Virus record (IMG/VR): IMGVR_UViG_3300043424_000354
Coordinates: 44,632-108,631 of that record
Length of the DNA: 64,000 bases
Reading direction: 5' to 3' (one strand)
From: a virus
Position numbers and translations under genes: made by a program. This document shows, one piece after another, positions 1-9,819 of the stretch; positions within the stretch are counted from its first letter, which is position 1; each line of letters starts with the position of its first letter. Below the pieces are notes generated by a model that saw only the letters and a program-made list of their open reading frames with translations, did no database searches and had not been told where the DNA came from.

Positions 1-1096
1 CAATGTAGTTACCGCTGAAATTGCTAGAATAAGTTCCTGCATAGTTACCAGCATAGTTCCTAGAACCTGCGTAATACCCTACGTAGTTGCCAGAGAAATT
101 GCCAGCATAGTTGCCTGCGTAATTTCTAGAACCCGCGTATGATCCAGTATAATTTCCTGTGAAATTGCCTGTATACGTTCCTGAATAGTTTGCCGGACCT
201 ACATAACCGCCACTGAAGTTGTTGGCATAATTACCAGAATATGCGCCAGCATAATTACCAGAGTAATTTCTAGAACCAGCATAGGTTCCTGCGTAGTTAC
301 CTGCGTAGTTACCTGCGTAGTTTTGCGGAGTTACTTGTTCACGAGTATCTGCAAACTCATCACCCATTTGCACCCAAGTGCCGCCAGATGGAGCAGTGGA
401 TTGAATCTTATATGTCCCAACGCCGCTATCGATAATTCTATTGCGGAAGTTTGGTAGCATCTGAAGAATCTCAGAAGATGACATTTCTTTGACATCTTTC
501 GTATTGATCAGTTTCAGTGGTTTTAGATTGGCATCCGAAAGAGAAGTAGCAGCAGTTTTCTGCCAAAGATATGTTGTGGTATTCCCACCATTAGCAACAT
601 CGGTTAGCGTGTAACGAGCAACCCACGTCCCGCCTGACGGAGCAGAACCTTGTAGGCGATATTGACCCGCAGTATACGAAGTCTCCGAAACCATCGCATT
701 AATTGCATAGTCCAGAATTTCGGTATCGATTTGACCATCAGTCATTTCGCGGATACCCGAATCATATTTCAGCGGACGATTTGTAATACTTTCTGATGCT
801 GCAGCAGAGACCTGCTTTGCGTAGTATGTAACTGTGTCTAATGCACCAGTAGCAGGGTGAGTGCCTGTTGCTTCTTGGCGATCAGTGTCAGCAAAAGTTC
901 CGATTGCAGTTCCTGCGCCACTATTGTTTGTGGTGATATTTAGTTCGCCAGTGCCAGTACCGTCGGAGTTAGCACCGAAAGAAACTGTCAATGTTTGGGC
1001 GATGTAGTTCTTGACTTCATCAGTAGTCATCTCCTGCAAACCTTGCCAGTTTGCAGAAGAAACAGGTGTTGCCGAGGATTTGTTTCTCAATACCAT
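1..1096 (-). CDS. Fibre-like virion protein with [YF]xGx repeats, paralog of 1100..3091 (runs off the window; absent from the ORF track)
   Basis: Manual translation from ATG 1096: MVLRNKSSATPVSSANWQGLQEMTTDEVKNYIAQ...GTHPATG...AGQYRLQGSAPSGGTWV...LPNFRNRIID...FADTREQVTPQNYAGNYAGNYAG..., colinear with the upstream gene; no stop before position 1. Confidence 0.9.
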   Translation of the reverse strand, partial: MVLRNKSSATPVSSANWQGLQEMTTDEVKNYIAQTLTVSFGANSDGTGTGELNITTNNSGAGTAIGTFADTDRQEATGTHPATGALDTVTYYAKQVSAAASESITNRPLKYDSGIREMTDGQIDTEILDYAINAMVSETSYTAGQYRLQGSAPSGGTWVARYTLTDVANGGNTTTYLWQKTAATSLSDANLKPLKLINTKDVKEMSSSEILQMLPNFRNRIIDSGVGTYKIQSTAPSGGTWVQMGDEFADTREQVTPQNYAGNYAGNYAGTYAGSRNYSGNYAGAYSGNYANNFSGGYVGPANYSGTYTGNFTGNYTGSYAGSRNYAGNYAGNFSGNYVGYYAGSRNYAGNYAGTYSSNFSGNYI

Positions 1097-1099
1097 AGT

Positions 1100-3091
1100 T
1101 TACGCAGTTCTAATCCACAACTTAATTGTTGAAACTGTATCTTTAGTCGCTTGAATCGTCGCACCACTATAATTACCAGTAAAGGTATTTATATACGAAC
1201 CAGAATAGTTTCCGGTGTAAGTTCCGCCGCCTGCATAGTTACCACTGAAGTTGCCCGTGTAATTTGATGTTGTAGAGAAGGTTCCTTGATAGTTGCCAGA
1301 GTAGTTTGCTGGTCCTGTGAAGTACCCCGTATAGAAACCTCCTGGTCCAGAGAAATATCCAGTGTATGGAGTTGGAGGAACAAATCCGTTATAGTTTCCA
1401 GTGTATGATGTACCGTATGCTGGACCTTGGAACGAAACTGTTCCGGAATAATTACCAGCAAAGTTACTTACGTATGTTCCGTTATATGTTCTTGAACCTG
1501 AATAATATGCTATACCAGTATATCCTGGACCTGTGCCAGCATAGTTGCCAGAATAGGTTCTGGATCCCGAGTAGGTTGCTGGTCCTACATAATTGCCAGT
1601 AAAAGTGCCTCCTGGCGAAGAGAAGGTGTTGGTATAAAATACAGGCAAGTATCCTATACCTGGAATAAACTGCGTTTCCTGATATGAACCAGAATATGCT
1701 GGACCAGGACCAGTAAAGAATCCAGGACTATAGTAAACTGTCTGCAAACCACTATATGGATCAGGTATCTGATTTGAGAAATAATCAGTGTAATAATTAG
1801 TCCCCGAGTAATACCCTGTATAATAATCTGCCATAAAGGCACCAGTATATCCTGGTCCAGGAGCACCACTATAATTACCTGTATATGTGGCAGTTCCTGC
1901 GTAACTACCAGCATAGTTTCTCGAACCAGAGTAATATGCTACACCAGAATATGTTGCTCCTGTTCCGGCATAATTACCAGCATAGTTTCTTGAACCAGAG
2001 TAGTAAGATGCGTAATTACCAGTATATGATGGACCTGGACCACTAAAGAACGGCGAATAGAATGGGGATCCAGTATAAGTGCCGGAATAACTGATCAGTG
2101 GACCTAGTGGTGCAGTATATGTTGTTCCAGTATAACTTACTGCATTAGTAAAGGTGTTTGAATACCCAGCAGTTCCAGCATAATTACCAGAAAAGTTACC
2201 TGTGTAATTTGAGGTTGTTGAAAAAGTGTTTGAATATGTTCCGCTGTAATTTACTACGCCACCATAGTTGCCGCTGTAGTTACCAGTGAAATTTCCGCTG
2301 TAGTTACCAGCATAATTCTGCGGAGAAACTTGCTCGCGAGTATCGGAAAACTCATTGCCCATCTGAACCCAAGTTCCACCAGAAGGTGCTGATGATTGTA
2401 ATTTATAGGTTCCGATTCCGGTATCGATAATTCTATTACGGAAGTTCGGTAGCAGTTGTTCGATTTCAGATTCTGTCATCTGCTTGCAGTTGCTGCCGTT
2501 GTAACTGCGCAACGGAGTATAATCTGAATTTGGAGAAGATGATGCTACTGTTTTTTGCCAGAGATATGTAACAGTGTTTCCGCCTTGCGCAGTATCTGTT
2601 AGCGTATATCTGGAAACCCAAGTTCCACCCGACGGAGCAGATGCCTGTAGTTTATATTGTCCAGCAGTATAACTAGATTCGGCGACCATCGCCTCAATGC
2701 AGAGATCCAGCACGCCATCAATATCACCATCACTCATCTCTTCAAGATGAGAATCCCATGCGAGTGGTCTGTTGGTGATGCTTTCTGATGCCGCAGCAGT
2801 TACCTGCTTTGCGTAGTACGTGGTAGTTGTAGTATTTCCAGTCGCGGGATGCGTGCCAATCGATTCAGTTCTATTGGTATCAACAAAAGATCCGATTGAA
2901 GTCCCAGAACCCGAATTGTCTGTTGTGATGTTTATTTCAGCAGTACCTGTACCGTCAGTTACTGCTGCGAATTTTTCAGTGATAACATTGGCAATATAAT
3001 TTTTTACCTCTGAATCGGTCATAGTCTGCAAACCGCTGATGTTTGCAGAAGTGATTGGGGACCCTGATGCTTTGACCTTTAGAGGATTCAT
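1100..3091 (-). CDS. Fibre-like virion protein: N-terminal internally repeated domain plus ~390-aa [YF]xGx (NYSG/NYAG/NFTG) repeat insert
   Basis: 663-aa ORF in the tail operon downstream of the baseplate genes; extreme Y/G/S/T/N composition. Confidence 0.75.
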   Translation of the reverse strand: MNPLKVKASGSPITSANISGLQTMTDSEVKNYIANVITEKFAAVTDGTGTAEINITTDNSGSGTSIGSFVDTNRTESIGTHPATGNTTTTTYYAKQVTAAASESITNRPLAWDSHLEEMSDGDIDGVLDLCIEAMVAESSYTAGQYKLQASAPSGGTWVSRYTLTDTAQGGNTVTYLWQKTVASSSPNSDYTPLRSYNGSNCKQMTESEIEQLLPNFRNRIIDTGIGTYKLQSSAPSGGTWVQMGNEFSDTREQVSPQNYAGNYSGNFTGNYSGNYGGVVNYSGTYSNTFSTTSNYTGNFSGNYAGTAGYSNTFTNAVSYTGTTYTAPLGPLISYSGTYTGSPFYSPFFSGPGPSYTGNYASYYSGSRNYAGNYAGTGATYSGVAYYSGSRNYAGSYAGTATYTGNYSGAPGPGYTGAFMADYYTGYYSGTNYYTDYFSNQIPDPYSGLQTVYYSPGFFTGPGPAYSGSYQETQFIPGIGYLPVFYTNTFSSPGGTFTGNYVGPATYSGSRTYSGNYAGTGPGYTGIAYYSGSRTYNGTYVSNFAGNYSGTVSFQGPAYGTSYTGNYNGFVPPTPYTGYFSGPGGFYTGYFTGPANYSGNYQGTFSTTSNYTGNFSGNYAGGGTYTGNYSGSYINTFTGNYSGATIQATKDTVSTIKLWIRTA

Positions 3092-3093
3092 TA

Positions 3094-3576
3094 TTAATTC
3101 AGCCTGTTACCGCTTGAGTCATAAACAATGAGATTTGTTACGCGATACCAGTCTTGAGTATCCTGAGCAACCAATTCTACCGATGAGTATGGTGCCAAAT
3201 TCACACCAGCGTTGGTTGTTCCACCATCAATAACGTCTGAAGTATTTGGGTATACAACAATGGTAACTGCAGTTGTGTTAACAACTTTGATATTAATACC
3301 CGCAGCAGCAGTAGGTAACTTAACACCCTGCGCCGCACTGGCAGTTGTTACAATATTGACTGTCTTTGTTAGCGCAGTGGCATCACCTTGCGTAGATCCT
3401 GCTGCGGAAACTGTTCCTGACACCGAAGTGGTAAGAGTGCCTGTTAATGTCAAATCTGCAAAAGAAGGACTGTCACCAGATTCATACTTGTCTGTATTCA
3501 AATTGCTGAAGTTGTCATCAACCTCAGTATTTGTCAGCGGAGTCCCCTTTACAGATCTAAGGGTAAGAGTGCTCAT
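3094..3576 (-). CDS. Small tail-fibre/adaptor structural protein
   Basis: N-terminal TLRSVKGTPLTNTEVDDNFSNLN motif typical of fibre N-termini in T4-like phages; coupled to its neighbours. Confidence 0.6.
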   Translation of the reverse strand: MSTLTLRSVKGTPLTNTEVDDNFSNLNTDKYESGDSPSFADLTLTGTLTTSVSGTVSAAGSTQGDATALTKTVNIVTTASAAQGVKLPTAAAGINIKVVNTTAVTIVVYPNTSDVIDGGTTNAGVNLAPYSSVELVAQDTQDWYRVTNLIVYDSSGNRLN

Positions 3577-3582
3577 GCTTTT

Positions 3583-3801
3583 TTATCCTTGTTTCTGTAG
3601 AATTTGTGTTAGTAAGTTTTTAATCTCAATCATCTCATTCTTAAGATTATTTATATCGTCGCCATACGATTCAATCTGCATCATGTGTTTTTTACGCGCC
3701 TTATATGCTGCTAAGGCAGGGAGGTCATTCGAAAGTATTGCCTTCGAATGACTGTCCCGTTCGTATTTGTTTGTGTCTGTTAGTTTGATTTTAGTTGACA
3801 T
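3583..3801 (-). CDS. Small coiled-coil protein that follows VrlC-like genes in T4-like phages
   Basis: MSTKIK...YERDSHSKAILSND...INNLKNEMIEIKNLL; ATG at 3801 just after the DUF4815 stop. Confidence 0.7.
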   Translation of the reverse strand: MSTKIKLTDTNKYERDSHSKAILSNDLPALAAYKARKKHMMQIESYGDDINNLKNEMIEIKNLLTQILQKQG

Positions 3802-3802
3802 A

Positions 3803-6800
3803 TTATACCTGCAACGCAATCGCTCTTAGTTCTCTTACACGAGGAACAACAGAACTGTTTGACGAAAGAGGAACAACCTTTACAGCGAACGTCTTATATC
3901 CAGTGAAGTTTGCGCTTCCGACAGCATACTCAAAAACGTCGCTTCCGTTTTTATTCGCAGCAGGAATTGTATATTCATATTCTACAAATCCTGACTTCGA
4001 AGCACTATCAAGTGGCGAATTGGTTAGTTCCAATTGAATCCAGTCAAGATCATCAAAGTTTGAGGCATCAGTTGCATTCTGGAATTTACCGTAAACTGCA
4101 ACATCACATTCAGACGGAATCTTGTTGCTCAGATATACCTTCAAATCTTCTGCATCTTGACCATCATCAAGCACAACTCGGCGAGAGATATACTTCGAAG
4201 CAGCAGAACCATTGTTACCATCTTCATTCGTAGTAAGATTGTTTACATCATTCGCAACTGCGATAATTGAACACTTTCTAGTATCAATAACTGGCGAAAC
4301 AGTAGATGTTTGCGTTACCATACCTGCTCTTACTGTTAGGGATTTATCTCCACCAAGATCTGCTTGCTCGTTCGAATAGGAATATACCTGTGCTTCGTAC
4401 GTCAATTCATGTTCTTGACCAAAGTTGAAACCTTCATGGACCGTTCCACCAGCACCAGCACCTGTTGCAGTTGGTGCAACTGACCAAGAAACTGTCGCAG
4501 GAGTATGATCAATAAACCCGATATTGGTTTCTAGAACGTTCAATTGCTTATTCTCGACTTCAGTGATTTCAGCGTATGTAGTTCCATTACCGACGATGTC
4601 TGTAGCAGTAAATGAACCCTTAGTGATCAACAACTTACCGACATTATAGAGAGTATCGTATTGCTTTACGAAACCTGTATTGAGAACAACGGTAACTACA
4701 GCGCTGGATCCACCGCCACTAGAGATAGTGAGAGTTGGGTTGCTTGTATATCCTGCTCCTGGATCTGTAACGACTACATCAGTAACCAGACCGCTCGCGA
4801 TTGTTACATTAACTGTAGCATTGGTTGTTGCTCCACCCCCCGAGAGGGTATGTGCAATAGTTCCGTCTGTATAACCACTTCCTGGGTTTGAGATCGTGAA
4901 CGTGAAACCGTGAACCGTATCACCTGCCGCAAAATTACCATCGGAGAACGAATCAAATTTCAAATAATCAACGTTCATGTTGCGCATCACAACTGACCCA
5001 ACAGTATTAATTTCGAAGTCGGCACGACGAAGAGTAAACTTAATATCTTCTTTCTGCCATGCAGTCCACGATCTGTTGTTTGCAGAGGTGAATAGAACGC
5101 CGACATGCGGTTGTTCTGAAATTCTGTTCTGTGTTCCCAGTTGGTTTTCGCCAAGTTCCGAAACCCAGATATTGTAATCTGGATTGTTACCAGCAGGAAG
5201 CAGAACAAAGCAATATTCAGTATTGTTTTGCAGATATACTGGTGAAGGGAAGGTGAAGGTTGTTGCTGTTGCAGCAGTTTCGCTTACCGACACAGCAGAA
5301 GGATTCAATGTAACTTCGCCGAACGGAATTACCTTGTTACCAGGATAACCATTTACAACTTCGCGAATCTGTAGAGTGATTGGCGCTGTCGATGACTTCG
5401 TTCTGAAATAGATGTCAAGATTTGTTACATAGCAACCAAAAGGCATACCTTCAACATAGAAAGTTTGAGCGATTGGATCTCTACCACGCGCAGGTTGCGC
5501 ACACGGATTGATCGTGTTACACCCTGCAGGAATTGTTATTGGACTGCTGCTGCCGCCGAATGTGACATCAAAACCACCCAATTCTAAATCAATTGTTGTC
5601 GCTTCCCAACATGTTTCAACTGGTGCGCATGGATCTGGTGTTGGTGTATCCACAACCACGACTTCGCGTGGAGGATCTACTACAGGATCTTCTGTAATAA
5701 CTGGGGGATCTTGAACGATTTGCGTTACATTAGTATTGTTGATTACAGTGGTGTTAGTTACTGTGTTGTCAATGTTAGTAACGTTGTTAACAGTTGTGAA
5801 CGTATTGTTAACTGTTCTTTCGATTACACCAACTTGCCTATCAGCAATTCTATTTTCAGTTCGTTCAGTTTCGAATATCGATCTAGAATCTGATGTTGAT
5901 GACAATTCGACATTAGCAACTCTGGTCGAAACAACGGTATCTTGAACGTTTTGCGAAAGACCGTTTGCTGACCAAGTCTTAGTCGAAGCAGTGGTAATAA
6001 ACGCATCGCGATTGAATTGGTCGTCGCAGAGACGGAAATTCTTATCGCCTGTTCTGAACGTTGCTGCTGGAATTCTAAATTGACCGACGCAAACACCCTG
6101 TGCATTAGTGATCAGTGGATCTCCATAATCACCATCAGCATATGTTGAATATCTAGCAGGGTCGTTTGGTTTCTGGTCTGTCGCTGGGTCAAAGTCTAGT
6201 GGACGACAATGTTCAGCAACTGCAACACCATCAAAGAATGGATAAACTCTGGTATTTGGTTTTAGTCTCTGCGCAATAAACGTAACGATTACAGAGCGCA
6301 TGAACGGAATGATCGAAGTATTCGTTACTCGAGCGCCAGTTCTTTGTGTTTGTGTTTCAGGCGTAACCGATAGCGACACACCCTGACGAGTTTGTCTTTG
6401 TTGGATTGTTGTTGTAACAACTTGTGTTTGCTGCTGTAATAGCAGGTCGCCGCTAAGAGTAGTGTTACCTGCAACAGTTTCTGAAGACTGACCAACTGCA
6501 GTTCTTCCAGTTACGACATCCTGCCAGTCACCCCATTGAGTTCCCCATGCATCTGATAGATTTTCCCAAGCATCATAATTGCCGTCGAAGTTTACGCTAA
6601 CATCTGGTAGTTGTGCGGTATCCGTCCAGTTATCGACTGGTGGATCTAGTTCCATATTTCCGATGTAATTGAATAGTAACTCACCGACGCAATTTCTTGG
6701 TTTGGAGGCAAATGCGTTCTTAGTCATCTCTACGTTGGTGTACGGTAGAGTGATCAGATCACCTGTCTTATAGACATTGGTTGAACTATCCGAATCGTAA

Positions 6801-9800
6801 CCAATATCAATATTTTCTAGATAGAAGAATGGACGCATCTCTTTCTTTGCAGCATCAATTGAGATATGATAAGCAGAATCAAAGACGTTACCAACGTTGT
6901 GACCTGTGAAGGCATCAACGAGAATACCATTCTTGAAGCGATCGAGACCAGAACTGTCAGGGATAGAAAGATCGCTTGCTGCCTTTTCAAGCAGGGATAG
7001 CGAAGTATAATACTCAAGGCGATTGATACGTTGTTCCAGAACGCCGATATCGCGCATTGTGTAACGGCGATTGTCGATAGCGCGGAATGTTACGCCGTAA
7101 TCTGGACGATTAACGGTCTTGGCAACATTCGGTGCAAGCGATGGATATGGAGGAATATTAATGATTGCCAGCGACATCGCATTTTCTGGTTCTGCTGGTG
7201 TCAATGGTGTCAGGGAAGGAGTCCCGTAGATAGAACTGAAGATACCTTCAGAGTCAATTATAAGTCTGTCGGTTCTTCCAAGATAATATTCCAGATCAGT
7301 AATAAACTGTTCAGTTGGAACGGGATTCGTAATACCGACGGATGGTGCTGTGATAGTTGTGCTCTCGGTTGGATTTGTTGTAGCACTACCAACAGTCGTA
7401 GAGTTTGCAGCGGAATCCGAGTAACGAACACGGAAGTCTAGAGTGTCGCGAAGATCAAACGACTCACCAGTGATAGGTGAAGTATAAACAGGAATATCCT
7501 GAGTTTTAATTGTTGCAGCAGTAGCACCAGTATCATCAATTGGATACGAGTCAACTGTAAAGAATGTTCCATCCGCAGAGGAACCATCGTGCGTGAAGTA
7601 GTCTAACTTGATTACAAGTTTCTTGTTTGTAAGAGAAGGACCAGACGCTTTCTTGACGATCTTGGCATTACGATATTCGTTATCTCGTTGACCCTTATCA
7701 AGAGTAAACGAAGAGGCAACATCATTTGCTGCAGCAACTACTGCCGAATCGGAATCAGTATGCGCGCCAATGAAGATATTCTTAATTTGATAAACGTCAG
7801 AAAGACCAAGCGAATATGTTCCACCACTTGTTGATGGGTGAGTGTTGGTATTAATGATCACATAACGATCTTCACGAAGAACCTTTAGAACAGGTTGAGC
7901 ATTCGCTGATTGGACGTTCACATATAGTTTAACTTGCTTTGGAGCAGAAGTTACGCCACCAGTAAGATCAATTGTGATTGACTGTGATGAGTTCTTTGTG
8001 AATGTAGCGCCAGTAAGATCAAGCACTGAACCAATCGGTCTCGAAACTGAGTTGATTGTCGCCGCTTCTTTCATCATCATGGTAAAATTATTTTTGATGA
8101 TTGTTGCAGTAAACGAATCATAAGGGAATGTTTCGTCGCCGCTCAGAGTAATGGTCACTTGACCGTTTGCGTTAAGTTCCCCATCGAATTCTTTGGTGTA
8201 AATAAACGAGTTATCGTAAACAGAACTCGGAGCAATAGTCTTTGTTGCTCTTGCTGGAAGTCTATATAGAGATCTGTTGAAACTTGTTTCTTGGAGAACA
8301 GCATTACCGCCTGTCAAAACTACGTCAGCATGACCATCAGCAGTTGCATCGTTGTAGTAAATACCACGAACGTCTTTGAAATCGCCGCTTGACATTTGAA
8401 TGTCATAGAGATATAATCTATATTCTGCCGCAGCAGCACCCGCAGTCCCAGACTCATAAACAATTTGTCTTACGCGAGCAGTACCGACTTCGGATCCTGG
8501 AGCAGATGTTGCAGAGAACGTTGTTGCAGTTATTGCTCCTGCTGCTGTTCCACGGAGACTTACACGATCGCCACCATTAAGGTCCCAGAGACCACAGAAT
8601 TCGTCAACTAGAATATAGTTACCATACGCAGTGCTGATCGAGGATTCCTGAACGGAAACTGTTGTCAGACCCTTTGGAACTACAACATATTCTGTTTGGA
8701 AAGTTTCATGTTCGAACCCGCGAACATATGCCTTACCTGCCTCGAGACCAATAGCAAGAAGATCTGCGTCGCCGCCACGTTCTGGGTCGGTAGAATTTAA
8801 TTCTTTAAGACCGTTGTTTCCGTCTACGTTCAAGTGCTCTTTGATCAGAACAGGGAATTGTCTGACTGCATAGTTGCCGGATTCATCATATGTGCGCCTT
8901 GCCATGTTCTTGCCAAGTTCGCCGTAGATGTTTGCGGTATATGTTCTTTGAATTTCACCGTTAACAATATCAACAAGTTGGTTGAATGTTGCTGGTAGAG
9001 TTTCCCCTGTGTCATACTTGACAAGAGTTGTTGTTACTTTGTATCTGTCTGCGCCAGGAGCAGCATAGTTAAACGATCCCTGTGCTGGATCAAGTAATGT
9101 CTGGTCGTCTTCAGAAGAAACAGTAGTTTCTGATAGTTGAAATCCAACCTTTACAGAAGGAAGGTTTGAATACTTGGAGAGAATGATTGTTTGCGCTTCG
9201 TGGTTTACGAACTTACCATCAATGTAAACAATACCGTCGTCGACAGTAAGAGCAGAAGCAAGACCCCAGTAACTGTTTGTTGGTTCTGCCTGATCATACG
9301 CAGAATCTACTACGAAAGTGTCACCATTTCGTCCGGAGACTGTAGAAGTAACGGTGAGTGTTTCGCCACCAGTAAAGTGGACCGCAGTAGTTTCACCATC
9401 CCCGCTGGTGTAGCGAAGATAAAGAGTCTTCATATCTGGCGATTCTGCAGCAGTTCCTGTAGCAGTATCTAAAATGACAGCAGTGATACCAGAAGTGCCA
9501 CCAGTTACAGTGTCACCAACATAGTCTGCAAGAGTAGTATTACTTACTGCTGCAGATCCTGCATCAGTATCAAGGATTTTAACAAACGCTCTGGCAGAGT
9601 CGAGTTTAAACTCACAACCCTGTACTACAGAACCGTTCTTGAAGATATGGTCGCCGAATTTACCGATCTGAGATTGCAACAGAGTCTGCAGTTGCGTAAG
9701 TTCGCGTGCCTGAACAGCATATCCAGGTTTAAACAGGACTCGGTTGAAATTCTTTGCATCATCAAAATCATCATAATATGGTGATACATTTAAATTCAGT

Positions 9801-9805
9801 GCCAT
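3803..9805 (-). CDS. DUF4815/VrlC-like large baseplate structural protein
   Basis: N-terminus LNVSPYYDDFD..KNFNRVLFKPGYAVQARELTQLQ; AAPGADRYK; RRYTMRDIG.LE.RI..LEYYTSLSLLE; DPIAQTF. Confidence 0.9.
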   Translation of the reverse strand: MALNLNVSPYYDDFDDAKNFNRVLFKPGYAVQARELTQLQTLLQSQIGKFGDHIFKNGSVVQGCEFKLDSARAFVKILDTDAGSAAVSNTTLADYVGDTVTGGTSGITAVILDTATGTAAESPDMKTLYLRYTSGDGETTAVHFTGGETLTVTSTVSGRNGDTFVVDSAYDQAEPTNSYWGLASALTVDDGIVYIDGKFVNHEAQTIILSKYSNLPSVKVGFQLSETTVSSEDDQTLLDPAQGSFNYAAPGADRYKVTTTLVKYDTGETLPATFNQLVDIVNGEIQRTYTANIYGELGKNMARRTYDESGNYAVRQFPVLIKEHLNVDGNNGLKELNSTDPERGGDADLLAIGLEAGKAYVRGFEHETFQTEYVVVPKGLTTVSVQESSISTAYGNYILVDEFCGLWDLNGGDRVSLRGTAAGAITATTFSATSAPGSEVGTARVRQIVYESGTAGAAAAEYRLYLYDIQMSSGDFKDVRGIYYNDATADGHADVVLTGGNAVLQETSFNRSLYRLPARATKTIAPSSVYDNSFIYTKEFDGELNANGQVTITLSGDETFPYDSFTATIIKNNFTMMMKEAATINSVSRPIGSVLDLTGATFTKNSSQSITIDLTGGVTSAPKQVKLYVNVQSANAQPVLKVLREDRYVIINTNTHPSTSGGTYSLGLSDVYQIKNIFIGAHTDSDSAVVAAANDVASSFTLDKGQRDNEYRNAKIVKKASGPSLTNKKLVIKLDYFTHDGSSADGTFFTVDSYPIDDTGATAATIKTQDIPVYTSPITGESFDLRDTLDFRVRYSDSAANSTTVGSATTNPTESTTITAPSVGITNPVPTEQFITDLEYYLGRTDRLIIDSEGIFSSIYGTPSLTPLTPAEPENAMSLAIINIPPYPSLAPNVAKTVNRPDYGVTFRAIDNRRYTMRDIGVLEQRINRLEYYTSLSLLEKAASDLSIPDSSGLDRFKNGILVDAFTGHNVGNVFDSAYHISIDAAKKEMRPFFYLENIDIGYDSDSSTNVYKTGDLITLPYTNVEMTKNAFASKPRNCVGELLFNYIGNMELDPPVDNWTDTAQLPDVSVNFDGNYDAWENLSDAWGTQWGDWQDVVTGRTAVGQSSETVAGNTTLSGDLLLQQQTQVVTTTIQQRQTRQGVSLSVTPETQTQRTGARVTNTSIIPFMRSVIVTFIAQRLKPNTRVYPFFDGVAVAEHCRPLDFDPATDQKPNDPARYSTYADGDYGDPLITNAQGVCVGQFRIPAATFRTGDKNFRLCDDQFNRDAFITTASTKTWSANGLSQNVQDTVVSTRVANVELSSTSDSRSIFETERTENRIADRQVGVIERTVNNTFTTVNNVTNIDNTVTNTTVINNTNVTQIVQDPPVITEDPVVDPPREVVVVDTPTPDPCAPVETCWEATTIDLELGGFDVTFGGSSSPITIPAGCNTINPCAQPARGRDPIAQTFYVEGMPFGCYVTNLDIYFRTKSSTAPITLQIREVVNGYPGNKVIPFGEVTLNPSAVSVSETAATATTFTFPSPVYLQNNTEYCFVLLPAGNNPDYNIWVSELGENQLGTQNRISEQPHVGVLFTSANNRSWTAWQKEDIKFTLRRADFEINTVGSVVMRNMNVDYLKFDSFSDGNFAAGDTVHGFTFTISNPGSGYTDGTIAHTLSGGGATTNATVNVTIASGLVTDVVVTDPGAGYTSNPTLTISSGGGSSAVVTVVLNTGFVKQYDTLYNVGKLLITKGSFTATDIVGNGTTYAEITEVENKQLNVLETNIGFIDHTPATVSWSVAPTATGAGAGGTVHEGFNFGQEHELTYEAQVYSYSNEQADLGGDKSLTVRAGMVTQTSTVSPVIDTRKCSIIAVANDVNNLTTNEDGNNGSAASKYISRRVVLDDGQDAEDLKVYLSNKIPSECDVAVYGKFQNATDASNFDDLDWIQLELTNSPLDSASKSGFVEYEYTIPAANKNGSDVFEYAVGSANFTGYKTFAVKVVPLSSNSSVVPRVRELRAIALQV

Positions 9806-9819
9806 ATTTTATTTCTCTC

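Noticed and set aside
1-2320. CRISPR array or DNA-level repeat element
   Set aside because: The repeats are degenerate at synonymous positions, in frame and have no unique spacers. They are protein-coding tetrapeptide repeats.
1-3091. Diversity-generating retroelement TR/VR pair
   Set aside because: No reverse transcriptase in the window, and the differences between copies are not adenine-specific.
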